Translations under genes and position numbers: made by a program
In this document: in pieces, positions 1-14,706 of the stretch
Layout: the number at the start of each line of letters is the position of its first letter
How positions within the stretch are numbered: the stretch's first letter is position 1
Notes under the pieces: generated by a model
Database searches by the model: none
What the model was told of the DNA's origin: nothing
What the model saw: only the letters and a program-made list of their open reading frames with translations
Assembly: GCA_030141605.1 (NCBI GenBank)
Contig: JAQGDQ010000253.1
Span: 1-64,000, forward strand
Length of the DNA: 64,000 nucleotides
From: Tubiluchus corallicola
Lineage: Eukaryota > Animalia > Priapulida
Direction: 5' to 3'

Positions 1-2100
1 AATCTACTTTTAGAAATAAAAATGAAAACAAATCTTTTGGCTGTCAAAAATCTGGTTATCAACAAGTTATAAGTAAATAAGCCTACCACTAGAACCACAA
101 CGAAAATCATAACGCAAAGTATTACATGTGTGTGTAATAAATGCAAATTTAAGCTAATCTAATTCGTTATTTAGTTTTAAATTTAAATTTAAATATGTAT
201 ATAACAAAGCTTTAATAGTTTTGGATCCCATAGATACATATAGAATTAAAGTAAATATAATTGGTGGATATAGTGGCTGTTAATCAAGCATTTTCTTATT
301 TAATCAGGTATATATTTAATCAAGTTAATTATGTTTGGTTCTGTTTGTAAAAAAAGAAAAGAAGTAGTTAGGTGGCTGTTACGCGGCTTCTTAGCTATTC
401 ACACGTTCACACGTACGCAACTTCTACCTAAAAGTAATTTCCAAAAATCTAAGCCAAATCGCACAGACTGTGTTATAAATGTCATCACCCTAAGGCCACA
501 ACAGGATGCAAATAACAGGATAACTTTTAAAAGCCACTTGAAACATCCACGTTTCTGCCAACTAGAAACAGCAGATTTCTCTTTGGAAATTTGTGTGGTC
601 TGTCAATCCGAATTGTTCATATATAGCCGTGGTATGTTACGGGAAAAATAATCCTCCTGTAGTTCTCTTCCTGTAGTTTATATGGAACTCGCCCCTTATA
701 ACTTTGATGTTTACCTTTGGCGTTTCAGGATACTTGGAAAGTGACGATAACTTTGACTGTTTCAACATTTTCTTGACCGTTTCTGCAGAAACTTAACAAC
801 AACGAAAATAAAAGCATTATCACAACAGGCGCAAAGCCAGAAAATTCTACGCTTAAGCCATCGAGTTTGCTCACAAGGAAGCCAAGCGGACAGTAAAAAG
901 GTTTCCTCGCGTATATAACAACAAGTCGTAAAATAGTCGGAACAATTCCGAGAAAATAATGGTAGTTACAAGCCGAAATCTTCGGTCAATATCAGTTTAG
1001 GCAATTTCATGCCGCCGTTTTTCTTAGCAGTTAATTTCCTATTGACGTCGCTGTCTATTTTAGGTCATAAACCACTGTGGCATTTTTGTTGCGTCTTTGC
1101 TGTTCCGTTTGGGAGAAGGCAGTGTAATGGGCTCTTTTGTACGTTTACTGAATTACAATGCACCAGTTTTAACTGAACTCCTGCGTCTGTTTTTGTGCAC
1201 TTTTTGTGGTATCGTAAGCATTTGTAAACGTGGCTACTTTTGCTTTGAATTCATCTATTGTACACCTACATTGCGGAGGCTGTTATACAAGTAGTTTGTG
1301 GATTACGGCTGCTGTTTACTTTGCTCTGTTAAGACCACTGTAAAAGTTTATCATTTTGCTATCTTAAAAGTGTGGCTAAATTCACAATAGCAGCATAAGT
1401 AATCGTAAAACATAAGAGTAAATTTTTGTAGTGCACTGATAAAATGAGATTTTTTTAAAGCCAGCATGACAGTTCTAAGTAATAACTGCAGTGTCAAGGC
1501 ACTATAACTATCATCAGTCGTGCTTCCATTTCTTGTGTAGTTTTCTCATCCTGCTTTTTTGCGTAGAAAACTAACTTTTTATTTATCTGCCTACTTGTGC
1601 GTTTCCGTAAATTAAGTAATTACTTGCATTCCTATAGTATATACACATTTCCCGGGATTGCATACGTCTGCCGTCTCACCTGGCTTCCTATGCTATTTAT
1701 TTACTTGATTTAAGCTGTACATATAATGACATGCAGCTAATCAGACTCAGCAACTGATTCTCATGTTACCTGCACAATGTGTACCTGCTTATTACCTGTT
1801 CATTAAGAAGCTTGTTCAAACACCTGAGGTCAGTAGTTATTGAGTACTGCATACAATGATGCTTCTGTGAAACTCAGCAGGAAACTGCTTTTTCTAATAA
1901 CCCCAGGCCTGATCAGTATATGGATGGGTGGTTGCCGTGAAAATTTGCTTCTGGACTGCACGTGTTATTTACCTCATTGATTGAACAGGTGTTATACGCG
2001 TCCGAATGGGACTAGGAAAAAGTACAAAAAACCTTACTGCATTTTCTCTTCCTTTCTGTCACACTTCTCTCCTCCTTTCCTCTCGCTCACCCTCTCTCTT
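1..2100 (+). repeat. Left arm of large inverted duplication (continues to or beyond window start)
   Basis: Reverse complement of 9788-11887. Paired coordinates sum to 11888 at both ends and for the mirrored ORFs (331-651/11237-11557; 1097-1294/10594-10791). No mismatch in the segments compared by eye. Confidence 0.97.
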
Positions 2101-2197
2101 AGGTTTATTTTAAAAATAATTTTGTTTTTAGGTGCATTTTTATGTGGACTTTAAGTGATAAAATTGTAAATTGTGAATTAAATCAATTTAAATTTTT

Positions 2198-2334
<137 letters not shown>

Positions 2335-3887
2335 GAAATGCAGGTGTCACGATGTTCAAGACTTTAAACCTGACACAAAACAAATGTATTCTGAATCGGT
2401 GCAAGACTTTTTAAATTATGCATTATGATGCTTAACAGAATTATATCTAGCCGATATTGAAAAAAATCGTGCTTACTCAAGTTCGTTATGAAGTATTTTA
2501 GGAAACTAAGCAACACGATGAACGGGTGGTGTCCACACCGGTTGCGAACTTTGAGTGGCTTAACTGGCCATGCACGTTACAAAATCCGTTCATTGCTGAA
2601 TTATGAGTGAATATTCATACCTCACATAGTTAGAAGCTCGATTACTGATATATTCCTTTTCAGGCCACTGAGCCACCTGCTAGGTAACAATAAGAATGCC
2701 AATTTTGCCGTTTAAAGTGTAATAGTTAATACTGCTTCTCCTTTCTCAACAACAGATGTCATCATGTTAATTAAAAGGCGCTGTTGCTAGCGATATCGCT
2801 ATCGATTAAAATTACTAGTAAATTAAAAACTATAATCTTGCAAACACTGTAAAACTACATATCTTGAATAATCAGCACCTTATCTGAGTTATTTACGAAT
2901 TTACAGAAGGGACGTCAGCAAAATGGGTGGTCTGTTTTTACAAGAAGCCAATGGCTAACAGACAAAATCAATAGCTGGCCGTTTTACCCCTGTAATTAAT
3001 GAAGTGATGAAATCAGGCACAGCCCGCTGAAGCCAGACTGTATTTACACGTTTACCACCTTGGTTACTATTGAGAGCAGACAAGAAGCCAGCGTTGACAT
3101 GTGGTATCATGTCTTAGTAAAACATTTGCTAATGCATAAGCAAACAAGGTTCGTACAAATCTGGACACATAGCAACTAAGGCGTTTAACAGCCAAAGTTG
3201 TACAAATGGTGGACTGTAGTTAAAGTTGCTGACCACGGAGCCGCTCGCTTTTTCTAACGTGACCTAGTGATCTAACGTGATCTAAACATAAACAAGTAAG
3301 CTAACAAATGCCCGAATAAACAAACAAACAAATAAAAGACAAACAGAAAGATACCTGAACAACAGTGCCCACTGCGCAATTCAACAGCATCACAATTTGT
3401 TGTTGTTTCAACTGATAGTCTTACCTCCTATTCTGCCCTTTATTGTTGCGGAATTTGAAATACATAGCAGTAACTTACAGTTAAAGATCATTTAGCAGAT
3501 TTTTATTTGTAGCAGATACATAACGAAGGAAATTTCTTAAATCACAGTTCACAAATTTCTCAGTATACGCTTGACAGTAGATAGATGTGACTGACTATTA
3601 CACGGTTGATTAGGCATATGCCGTTCAGTCACTCCTCTATTGTCCATTCTATTATCAAACAAGTGTGAACGACCCTTTCCGGACAATCCACCACTACGCA
3701 AATATTCTCATTTTGTAGATTGAAGCCATTCAATAATGTATTCCTGTTCTGCTAGTCTTTCAGGATGAGTACACATCAATCTTAACGTTCAGCATAAGAT
3801 TATATAACATAGCATAGAAATGAATTCCAATTGGCTTCATTCTAAGTCGGCGTGTGTCTGCTTAAACATTATTACTACTGCTAGACC

Positions 3888-4092
3888 TATCATCATCTCT
3901 GTCGTCATCGTCGTCCTCATCTTCGACATCATGGTTACAATCATATGTGCTGTCACTGTCGCTACTGTAGTCATTATCATCGTCGTCGTCGTCATCATCA
4001 TCATCAGCATCAGCATCATCATTATCGTCGTCATCATCAGCATTAATGACGACAACAACAACAACATCGTCGTAGTCGTCGTTGTCGTCAGT
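3888..4092. repeat. Degenerate (ATC/GTC/AAC)n trinucleotide low-complexity tract
   Basis: Direct reading; explains the Ile/Val-rich and Met/Thr-rich ORFs at 3820-4173 and 3837-4067. Confidence 0.9.
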
Positions 4093-4232
4093 ATTATAGC
4101 TAGAGGAGTAGCAAAAACACAGACAAGAAATATGTTAACTAAGTTGTATAATTGTTTACCACATACTCTTTAATGATTCTAAAAGTTTATAAACAGATTT
4201 TCGATTTATAAATCGAAACAAATGGACTATGT

Positions 4233-4731
4233 CAGGGGTGTGCAAATAATCTGACTAGCCGGGCCACATTAAACTTTCCCGCAATTCCTGCGGGCCACAG
4301 GCAGTTTGATCAAGGAGCCAAGTACAGAAAGGCCTAATAGCGATTTTTTGCATCCGACCCGCGCACATCATTACTACTACACTCAAGAAACTATTTTAGA
4401 AGTCATTAAAATTTATATTACAAACCATATATTTCTACTTTCAGGACAGGTAGTGGTAATTTCATTACAATGCATATTAGTAAAGTGTATCACACAGTCT
4501 GTATAGTACAGTGACATTAAGCTACAACCGTCTTGTAAGGGTTAATGGCATCCGATCTAGTAGAAAAAACTACCAGCACTATCTTTGGTATCGTGGCACA
4601 GACTTCAGCTGGATACACTCAATTAATTGCCCGGGCCGCACTTTCATTAGGTTGACAAATCTCTTCGCGGGCCGCACAAATTCTCTCGGCGGGCCGCAAG
4701 TGGCCCGCGGGCCGCAATTTGCACACACCTG
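4233..4731. mobile_element. hAT-superfamily (Charlie-like) non-autonomous MITE, 499 bp
   Basis: Terminal inverted repeats CAGGGGTGTGCAAAT / ATTTGCACACACCTG; perfect 8-bp TSD GACTATGT (4225-4232, 4732-4739); multiple subterminal GCGGGCCG/GGGCCGC motifs. Confidence 0.93.
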
Positions 4732-6858
4732 GACTATGTACTTTGTAGCACTGTGATAACATTTTTTTGTCACATCCTGTACGTTGTATACAGACAGAAA
4801 TCACATCAGTAATGCAATACACGATCAGATTCAATAACGCCTGAGTAGCATGACCTACTAGCTGCCTGACTCTGCATTGTACAGAAACTAATCTCATTTC
4901 TGAGTTACTCTGTTGAAACCGGCTATAGGCTGTCCAAGAAAATCTCCAAAGATTTGAAATTGGAAGCCAGACCTACCAACAGGTGTGTGACATTGCCAAT
5001 AATGGCAGCCAGAAATCCGAGACGGTTGACGTTTAGCAATCAGTGTACTTATAAGGCCTGCTTAAAGGTACCGCCAGGAATAAATATAATTTTTTTAAAG
5101 TTTCAAGACTTCGCCAATCATTGTTTGGCTAAAGTTGACTTGTTTCAAGACATGCGGAGAAGTAATTGCAAGATGTAAATTCGAATTTTGTTCTGAAGGC
5201 AGTGCTACAAAAGGCACTGATATGAGCAAAACTGTAGTAACCAAAACAGTTAAAATTTCAAACGCATAATTGTAAATATTCACAACCCTGTGTATACATC
5301 AATCTATATGGCAGTGTACGCAGCAATAAATACATACTAGTGTTAAACAGTGCCAAATACCTTATTACAAAAGTAGAAAACCATGATCAAGAAACCGACA
5401 ACAATTCCAATTGAGGTCATAAACATATCAGACCCACATAGAACTAATCACTCGGGTCCAGCCATAAGGCAGTGTCATACATACTTAATTAGAATGCGCA
5501 TAATAACAACTAATTATCAGACTTTGATCAGCATGACGAAGCCATATTATTTGCAGGGCACATCTGGCGTTGGCTTCCATAGGCCGCATGCCAGTTACTT
5601 TATAACGACATTTGCAGGCATTTCGAATCGCATGCTTAATAGAAATTTCGAAACCTAAGCGAGATTAGGGGTAAAGTAATTGTTGTAATGATTCACGAGG
5701 GAATCGGTATGTGATCAAACTGAGAATATTGCGGTTTATATATGTCTTGTGACAAGAACGGCTATTTGTCTAAAATTTAAGTCCTCGGCTTATCTGCAGT
5801 AATGTTCCAAAGAGTGAGTCAGAAAACACAACTGCAAGAAGCTTGCAAATCGAAAATGCAACTCTTTACGAAACCAATTTAAATGACTTATATGTAAGTG
5901 TCAGATGTTGTAGGACGGATTTTTTAAGTCATAACATTGTGTTAAATATTAACTGTAAGTCATCAATTGAAATAGAAAATATCATTAAGTGACCTACAAT
6001 ATCAGCTGTAGCAAAAAGTTAAAGTTTCAAAAAGGTTAACATTATTACACTGCATGAAACTTGAAATATTGTATTTGACAGCTTATTACATGATTTGCAC
6101 AAATGCGTGCTAAGCGAGGCGCAAATGAACATGAGATTAGCACAATATATACGCAACACGAAAGCAATGATTAAATACATGCGTGTGACGGTATAGTTAA
6201 GGTCACTTCAATGACATTTGAATACATGTGTAATTATTTAAATTGTTTAGCACAAATTCGTTTGAGTCTGGTTTACCATGTAGTTATGTCTTAGTGGTGC
6301 AAGAGAACAGTTACGTCTCTGTCAAGTACTTTCAGTTGCTTCTCCGACTCGTCGCCTCAAAAAAGCCGGCGCTGGATTACTTAGCTCATTTTATTTACCC
6401 CTAAGTTTTCTTATTCTTGTCTCTTTTAGGCGCAGATTCATTGAGTAAACACTGACTCAGCGCCTACAGGATGCACCAATAAGCATTGTTTGCTCACGCA
6501 GTGTTGCATAAGATTGTCCTACTAACCGAAAGCTCTTCCTTCGAAGCTTTTAGTCAGTTCCTATCCATTAACTAAAGCAAGCAGAATATCTGAATCTGAT
6601 AGAGCTTCAATCAACTGTTTGCTCTCTTATGAAAGTTGGTACATATATGTACTTTTATCTCAAACTCATCAGTTCAGTGCCACTGGCTAAAACTAGGGTA
6701 CAACTGATGGGTTTTACAATAATCCAATAACAGAAAAAATTACTTATAGAAAGTATATACTTCCCTTATTTACCAAAAGTCTAACCAAGTTTAACACTAT
6801 AGATGGTAAGATTTTGACATTGATAGGCAGCTTATCTTCTCGTTATCGTCACTTTTAA

Positions 6859-7314
6859 CCCTTTCAGTCCCAAATTATTTTTAATAAGAAAAAAATTTTG
6901 GCTTAGTACTTTTGTTCAGTATGTGCATCTTCTTTACACATAATAATTTGTTTTCCTACCTGCGCCCGCGTGCTAAATATAGCCTGTATCCCAAGGGATA
7001 CATTAGGATTCAATGGAAGCATAAAATGTGCTTCATTTAGCAACTGCTGATAATTTTTTAAAGTATTTAAGACATTTAGTATGCACGCTATGCTGATCTG
7101 TACAAAGTCGTCTCTAAAGTACTGTACCTAGCGCAGTTTTTTATGCTATGTAGATTTTCTAGTTTGCCATTTTATCACCATTTTTAGTCTACTGTTATTG
7201 GCTTAAATCAAAATAACTATTAACAGATCAAATAAATGTCAGTTTTAAAATTTTATTAATTTTAAAGGCAGAAAATATTCTCGTATCCCACGGGATACAA
7301 CGGGTATGAAAGGG
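6859..7314. mobile_element. piggyBac-type MITE, 456 bp
   Basis: TTAA on both sides (6855-6858, 7315-7318); termini CCCTTTCAGTCCC / GGGTATGAAAGGG; internal palindrome GTATCCCA(A/C)GGGATAC present twice (~6986, ~7283). Confidence 0.88.
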
Positions 7315-7929
7315 TTAAGCAAAGAAATAAAATGCGTAAATCATGAAAAATGGACATGATTTTATTTTTGTGTGCAATGATATAGAATTCAAACGATAAA
7401 ACGTTTGAATTTCGCAGCAGTTATTTCAACTTAGTCTCTGTCACAACAGCATCAGTCCTGGTGTGCATCCCTCAGCATCTTCTCAGCATCCTGCTCCTTC
7501 CCGACTATTTACATCATCCCCATTTCGACGCATCCGCTCGTCCGACGCCTCCAGGGCAGACGAGAAATTGCAGTTTGAAACAGTTGCAAAACGCGTGTAA
7601 GCCTCGCCGCAGGAAATTAGCGTGTCTAGGTATTCGTTATGCGATCAATACGGAATCAGGGACTCATTATAGCTGTTTAAAGAAATTGTACAGGCGATAA
7701 ATTGGCGAGGTTTTCATGCAATTATTGTATACAAATCATTTATAAAATGATCAAGCGAATGCAGTGTAGAGATTGAACATCAGATTAATTCAGGTTTGAA
7801 AAGTCACCGTGCCGCTGCAGTTTTTAACATTCTGCAAGTTAGAATCTAGCAGTCAACGTCAGGGCTTAACATAGATGGTTGTCTTAAATAGAATCTGGTT
7901 CATTATCAGAAATAGTGAATAAAGATGAG

Positions 7930-7948
7930 ACTTCCGATGCGCATGCGC
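7930..7948. promoter_or_regulatory. Adjacent ETS-like (ACTTCCG) and NRF1/Ewg-like (TGCGCATGCGC) motifs
   Basis: Motif match only; similar NRF1-like palindromes at 48735-48744 and 63563-63572. Confidence 0.3.
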
Positions 7949-9134
7949 CTTCCCTTAAAAAAAGTAAATAACCGGCCAGAAGCCATCTAGCACTCGCTTA
8001 AATCCTTTTACTGATCAAGTTTAATGTCGCTAAGCATACGCCATGACCACTCTGCTATTGCTTGCTTCAAATGAAGCCAAGGACGTTAAAATAAAAAGTA
8101 CTTGCAGGCAATTAAAAATACCTAGCTATAATTATTAGTTCACCACAATGTGCAATAGATTTAATTTTGTGTTTTACATTAATACAAAGACAGGCCTATA
8201 TTTTTTTCGCCCATTCATCCTTCCACTCACCTGCAAGTTGATTGGTCTGTTAGTGAGTCGGTCACTCGATTGATGAGTAGCTGTATGGCTAGCTGGTACG
8301 CTGGCTGGCTGACTTGCAGGTCAGTAGGTTGGTTAGTCGGTCAGTGGGCTAGAAAGATTGTCAGTTGGTTTGCTGGTTAACTAAGCAGTCTATCTTGCAC
8401 TTACATCTTATGTTCACATCTTGCAAGTCAGTTAAATAATTACACATTTTGACAACGGACGTATTCAAGCAAATATTTTATTACTAGTGTCCCGCCCACA
8501 ATGGCTTCTTTTTGCAAAAATCCTCTGGCGTTTTTATTTCTGTGGAATTTAAGCCACACGCGACATAAAACATTACAAATCTTAAACTGTTTATAACAGC
8601 TACTGATAACACTTAATGATCCCCAAGAATGCGTGGAATCTGGAATGGAGACTATAGAAAGATGATTTCAAAAATGATGCTTCGCTGTTTTCCGAAAACT
8701 GCTACAGCTGTATTATTGTTTGAGGAAATGTCTTGTTCACATTATAATGCACTATCCAAATCGGTTTTTGTCTTATCCAACGGATAAGATGGGTTATAAT
8801 CTGGAGATTATAATACCTGCACGCGTGCGCCAAAGCAAAAATCTCTATAAAACGGCAGGAAGAATTATCCGAAAGAAAAGTGCGAACATTTTTTATTTAA
8901 GTTGTAAAACTAGTTAAAGCCAATACGCAATAGCATTAAATCACAGCAAAGAAATCTGAAACTGATACACTAATACGCTTATTTTCTCTTTATAAGAACT
9001 GTCTTTCGTACCCGCGCAGTAATATACTGCGACGTTTGTTGACGGCAGATGAGGTTATGGTTTCCTGAAACAAAATGCGAGAGTTTTGGCTATAAATGCA
9101 CGTATTTTCGAGAAAGTTTATAATATTAATTTTA

Positions 9135-9733
<599 letters not shown>

Positions 9734-9787
9734 TATGCAATACATAAAATAAAGCGAAATGAAAATTGTTCTAAGCAAAGAAAGAGA

Positions 9788-11887
9788 AAGAGAGAGGGTG
9801 AGCGAGAGGAAAGGAGGAGAGAAGTGTGACAGAAAGGAAGAGAAAATGCAGTAAGGTTTTTTGTACTTTTTCCTAGTCCCATTCGGACGCGTATAACACC
9901 TGTTCAATCAATGAGGTAAATAACACGTGCAGTCCAGAAGCAAATTTTCACGGCAACCACCCATCCATATACTGATCAGGCCTGGGGTTATTAGAAAAAG
10001 CAGTTTCCTGCTGAGTTTCACAGAAGCATCATTGTATGCAGTACTCAATAACTACTGACCTCAGGTGTTTGAACAAGCTTCTTAATGAACAGGTAATAAG
10101 CAGGTACACATTGTGCAGGTAACATGAGAATCAGTTGCTGAGTCTGATTAGCTGCATGTCATTATATGTACAGCTTAAATCAAGTAAATAAATAGCATAG
10201 GAAGCCAGGTGAGACGGCAGACGTATGCAATCCCGGGAAATGTGTATATACTATAGGAATGCAAGTAATTACTTAATTTACGGAAACGCACAAGTAGGCA
10301 GATAAATAAAAAGTTAGTTTTCTACGCAAAAAAGCAGGATGAGAAAACTACACAAGAAATGGAAGCACGACTGATGATAGTTATAGTGCCTTGACACTGC
10401 AGTTATTACTTAGAACTGTCATGCTGGCTTTAAAAAAATCTCATTTTATCAGTGCACTACAAAAATTTACTCTTATGTTTTACGATTACTTATGCTGCTA
10501 TTGTGAATTTAGCCACACTTTTAAGATAGCAAAATGATAAACTTTTACAGTGGTCTTAACAGAGCAAAGTAAACAGCAGCCGTAATCCACAAACTACTTG
10601 TATAACAGCCTCCGCAATGTAGGTGTACAATAGATGAATTCAAAGCAAAAGTAGCCACGTTTACAAATGCTTACGATACCACAAAAAGTGCACAAAAACA
10701 GACGCAGGAGTTCAGTTAAAACTGGTGCATTGTAATTCAGTAAACGTACAAAAGAGCCCATTACACTGCCTTCTCCCAAACGGAACAGCAAAGACGCAAC
10801 AAAAATGCCACAGTGGTTTATGACCTAAAATAGACAGCGACGTCAATAGGAAATTAACTGCTAAGAAAAACGGCGGCATGAAATTGCCTAAACTGATATT
10901 GACCGAAGATTTCGGCTTGTAACTACCATTATTTTCTCGGAATTGTTCCGACTATTTTACGACTTGTTGTTATATACGCGAGGAAACCTTTTTACTGTCC
11001 GCTTGGCTTCCTTGTGAGCAAACTCGATGGCTTAAGCGTAGAATTTTCTGGCTTTGCGCCTGTTGTGATAATGCTTTTATTTTCGTTGTTGTTAAGTTTC
11101 TGCAGAAACGGTCAAGAAAATGTTGAAACAGTCAAAGTTATCGTCACTTTCCAAGTATCCTGAAACGCCAAAGGTAAACATCAAAGTTATAAGGGGCGAG
11201 TTCCATATAAACTACAGGAAGAGAACTACAGGAGGATTATTTTTCCCGTAACATACCACGGCTATATATGAACAATTCGGATTGACAGACCACACAAATT
11301 TCCAAAGAGAAATCTGCTGTTTCTAGTTGGCAGAAACGTGGATGTTTCAAGTGGCTTTTAAAAGTTATCCTGTTATTTGCATCCTGTTGTGGCCTTAGGG
11401 TGATGACATTTATAACACAGTCTGTGCGATTTGGCTTAGATTTTTGGAAATTACTTTTAGGTAGAAGTTGCGTACGTGTGAACGTGTGAATAGCTAAGAA
11501 GCCGCGTAACAGCCACCTAACTACTTCTTTTCTTTTTTTACAAACAGAACCAAACATAATTAACTTGATTAAATATATACCTGATTAAATAAGAAAATGC
11601 TTGATTAACAGCCACTATATCCACCAATTATATTTACTTTAATTCTATATGTATCTATGGGATCCAAAACTATTAAAGCTTTGTTATATACATATTTAAA
11701 TTTAAATTTAAAACTAAATAACGAATTAGATTAGCTTAAATTTGCATTTATTACACACACATGTAATACTTTGCGTTATGATTTTCGTTGTGGTTCTAGT
11801 GGTAGGCTTATTTACTTATAACTTGTTGATAACCAGATTTTTGACAGCCAAAAGATTTGTTTTCATTTTTATTTCTAAAAGTAGATT
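9788..11887 (-). repeat. Right arm of large inverted duplication
   Basis: Mirror of 1-2100; pairing breaks at 9787/2101 inside a TC/GA-rich tract. Confidence 0.97.
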
Positions 11888-13971
11888 ATTCCACATGTTT
11901 ATTGCTGATTGTCTTATAGATTTACGCCATTTATAAATTTAGCTAGACAAAGTTTACATTTGTAAGATAAAACCCGAGAATCTGGGACATAGTATAGCCA
12001 GTACACGCTGTAAGACGGAAAAACATTATAAAATTATAGCCTGTATGCCACTGTGTAAATATTATTCTTACCATATATTATAATGTAATATCCTAGTAAA
12101 CTTTTATCAGTAACAATTTGGTAACAGAATAAAGTTAAACGCAAGTGCCGTGTGTTCGCTGTCATCGCACTACTGTCCAGTCAAGGTATTTAACCAAAAT
12201 CATCCTCAGTAAGAGCTTTAACATCGCTCTTATTTTTAGTTTTGACGTTGCGATTTTATAGGTTTTATACTTAATTTTCCTCGGTCTGTCGGTTATATTC
12301 TCTCCGTTCTATAAGTGAATCTGTCTCTAACATTTGCGCTTCTGCCCGCAGGCTTTTAAACACTTCAGAACGTTGTTATAAATAACCAAACCGCACCGTG
12401 CTAGCAATCACTTTTCCATTTCATAGGATTTCTAATTTCCTCATACTCTCTAGTCAAGACTGTCAATGCTCACTTTTTGCTTCACAATCAAAAATCGCTT
12501 AGCGCTCACGTAATTGAAAAGAGTGTAAAGTTGGAGCTGATCAATCGAATTAATTAGTGAAACAGAATTCTCATGAAGACGCTTTGCGATTTTTCTGTCA
12601 CGGTCGCCTTGGAGCACGCACTAATCAATTTCGTGGTCAGAGTGAACAAATTTCATTTCTATTTTGTTGGAGAACCGTCGTAGCGTATTTCATTTTTCCT
12701 CCTACAGGGAAGACTGCATTATAACGGGTTGGCTCCAGCTTAAAATGGTTCCAGCAAGCTGAATTGGGAAATAGGCTAAAAGAGAGTAATGAACCAACTC
12801 TTTCATAGTTGATCCTTGTTAAAGCTTCATGTAATACTTCAAAGCAGCAACGTTAATTAAATTTTCAGCAGCTGCATTTGTTAGAACGCCTCTCCTTTGT
12901 AACATTTCTAGTAAGAAGAGGTAATGAATGACAGTATTTAAAATTACAGTATTTGCTTATCGTTAAAAATATCAGGTGAGGGTATTAGCCGTGTGGAATA
13001 AAATAAGAAAACTGAGTAACGTCGAAGGTCTGTAAATGGTTTGGTGACTATTAGAAAATCTGCTTATGAGTTGTTTTATTCCGCCATACTACGAAACTGT
13101 TTCCTTCGTTGAGGGATATGCATCTAAACCTTGCTGAGACAACACTGTTGGTTCAGTGGCTCGGTCTAAGAAAATTTTCATTGGCGATTGATTAGTCATA
13201 ACAGGCGGATTAGCGTGCCGAACTGCTCAAAAAATCATCCTATTACAAAAAATCAGTTTTTACGTGTATTCTCGTTTTGGGGTAATTTGTAACCATCTAA
13301 ATCAGTTTCAATTGCCTAAATAGCAAGAAAGAAAAGGGAAAAGGAATAATCTTTACTAAGTGAATAGGCCGAAATTTTAATAAAGAATTTTTTAGTAAAA
13401 GTAATTAAATACTTTGATAATCAAAGATCAGCAATCAAACATTAAACAGGTTTTAGGTCTTTGGTAAAACAGCTACCCACTAATACCCGTTTCATCGTTA
13501 TATTACAGCCCTCTCCAGATTGCTTTTTTAAAAATTCTCAGGTTTGTTCCTATATACATCCTACCTGCCCAGCAATTTTCCCAAAATATGGCTTCTCTAA
13601 CATCGCATCTATCAACGACGGGGCATTTTGCAGGCTGATATAAATTACTCGCCTCATTAGAGAGTTACCGCAGCAAGTGCATCTCGACAATACACCTGTC
13701 CTTGTAGCTCATAAAAAAAGAGATAATCATCTAATAAAGTTAATGTTGCATAAAAAAGCCTACGATACGAGAACGATGACGCAGTGGCATGCCATGTGGT
13801 GCTGTTATCTGCTGCAGTCGTCATTCACAATTAAAACGCAGCTGCTAAGCAAGACAAGTAAAAAGGTACTAGGCTACTGTTGAAAATGTTGAATGTTGGG
13901 TAGCTAAAAAAATTTTGTGCCACGAAGGTCGCTGTTGTTGTAGATGGCTGCTTTTATCTTTTTTTCCTGTA

Positions 13972-14303
13972 TATCAAATCAGGATCTGTATAATAAAGTT
14001 AAGGCAGGGAAATGGGCAGTTAAAATCAAAAGGAGGAGATTAAGCTGGATAGGACATGATACTGCTACCAGATGACAGTCCATTAAATTAGCTTTCAAAG
14101 AAACACTACAGAAAAAAGAAACAAAAAGAAGGACAGCCACTGACTTACATCAATTTCATCCAAAAAGATCTTATCAACACACCATTAGATATCAAAAATA
14201 CAGAGACATGGTAGTTTGCGGGTGACAGGGCAGCATGGTCTGAAGTAATAGCAAAGGTCATGTTAGAGGACATGTGACTCCGAAGATGAGATGATGATGA
14301 TGA
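13972..14303 (+). mobile_element. 5'-truncated RTE-like LINE 3' end with (GAT)n tail
   Basis: Translates SNQDLYNKVKAGKWAVKIKRRRLSWIGH...LPDDSP...AGDRAAWSEVIAKVMLEDM* with frameshifts, matching the RRLxWxGH and DRxxW motifs of the RTE ORF C-terminus; GATGATGATGA tail; near-perfect TSD TTTTTC(C/T)TGTA at 13961-13971 and 14304-14314. Confidence 0.85.
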
Positions 14304-14440
14304 TTTTTCTTGTAGCTGATCCAGTTGTTCCCGTTGTTGTCGTTGTTGTTTACGCTGTTGCTCTTCTCATTGCTCTTGCCATTGCTCATTATCATTGCTA
14401 TTGCCATTATTATCATTGCTGATTGCTATGTGTACTTTTT

Positions 14441-14706
14441 GTGAAAAACAAAACAATTTCTACGGCTGAATTAAAACATTAATCAGAGAAACGTCTGCTG
14501 TGTTCATGAGTGGTGTTTGGATTATTTCTTATAATGGAAATACTGAAATTGACAGGAGATGCAGCAGAAAGCATCAAGAGAAAACGCATAACTCCTCGAC
14601 ATATAATGCCAGACGTGAGAAATGGTGTCGGGTTAAACAAGGTGTTAACAAAGAGGTGTTTCCAAATGTATACAGAAGATTCTTGCCAATGAAAAAAAAC
14701 AAATAA
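14441..14706 (+). pseudogene. Decayed tandem paralog of the H2A variant
   Basis: Fragments TSAVFMSGV / MEILKLTGDAAESIKRKRITPRHIMPDVRNGVGLNKVL / VFPNVYRRFLPMKKNK* span different frames and match 15594-15917 at DNA level. It has frameshifts and two internal deletions, and no recognisable 5' end. Confidence 0.9.

Noticed and set aside
331-651. 106-aa ORF present twice (also 11237-11557), and 65-aa ORF 1097-1294/10594-10791
   Set aside because: The identity is simply a consequence of the inverted duplication; no recognisable domain.
5095-5283. ORF resembling a signal-peptide protein
   Set aside because: Begins at GTG, has no in-frame ATG before the hydrophobic stretch and no convincing splice donor.
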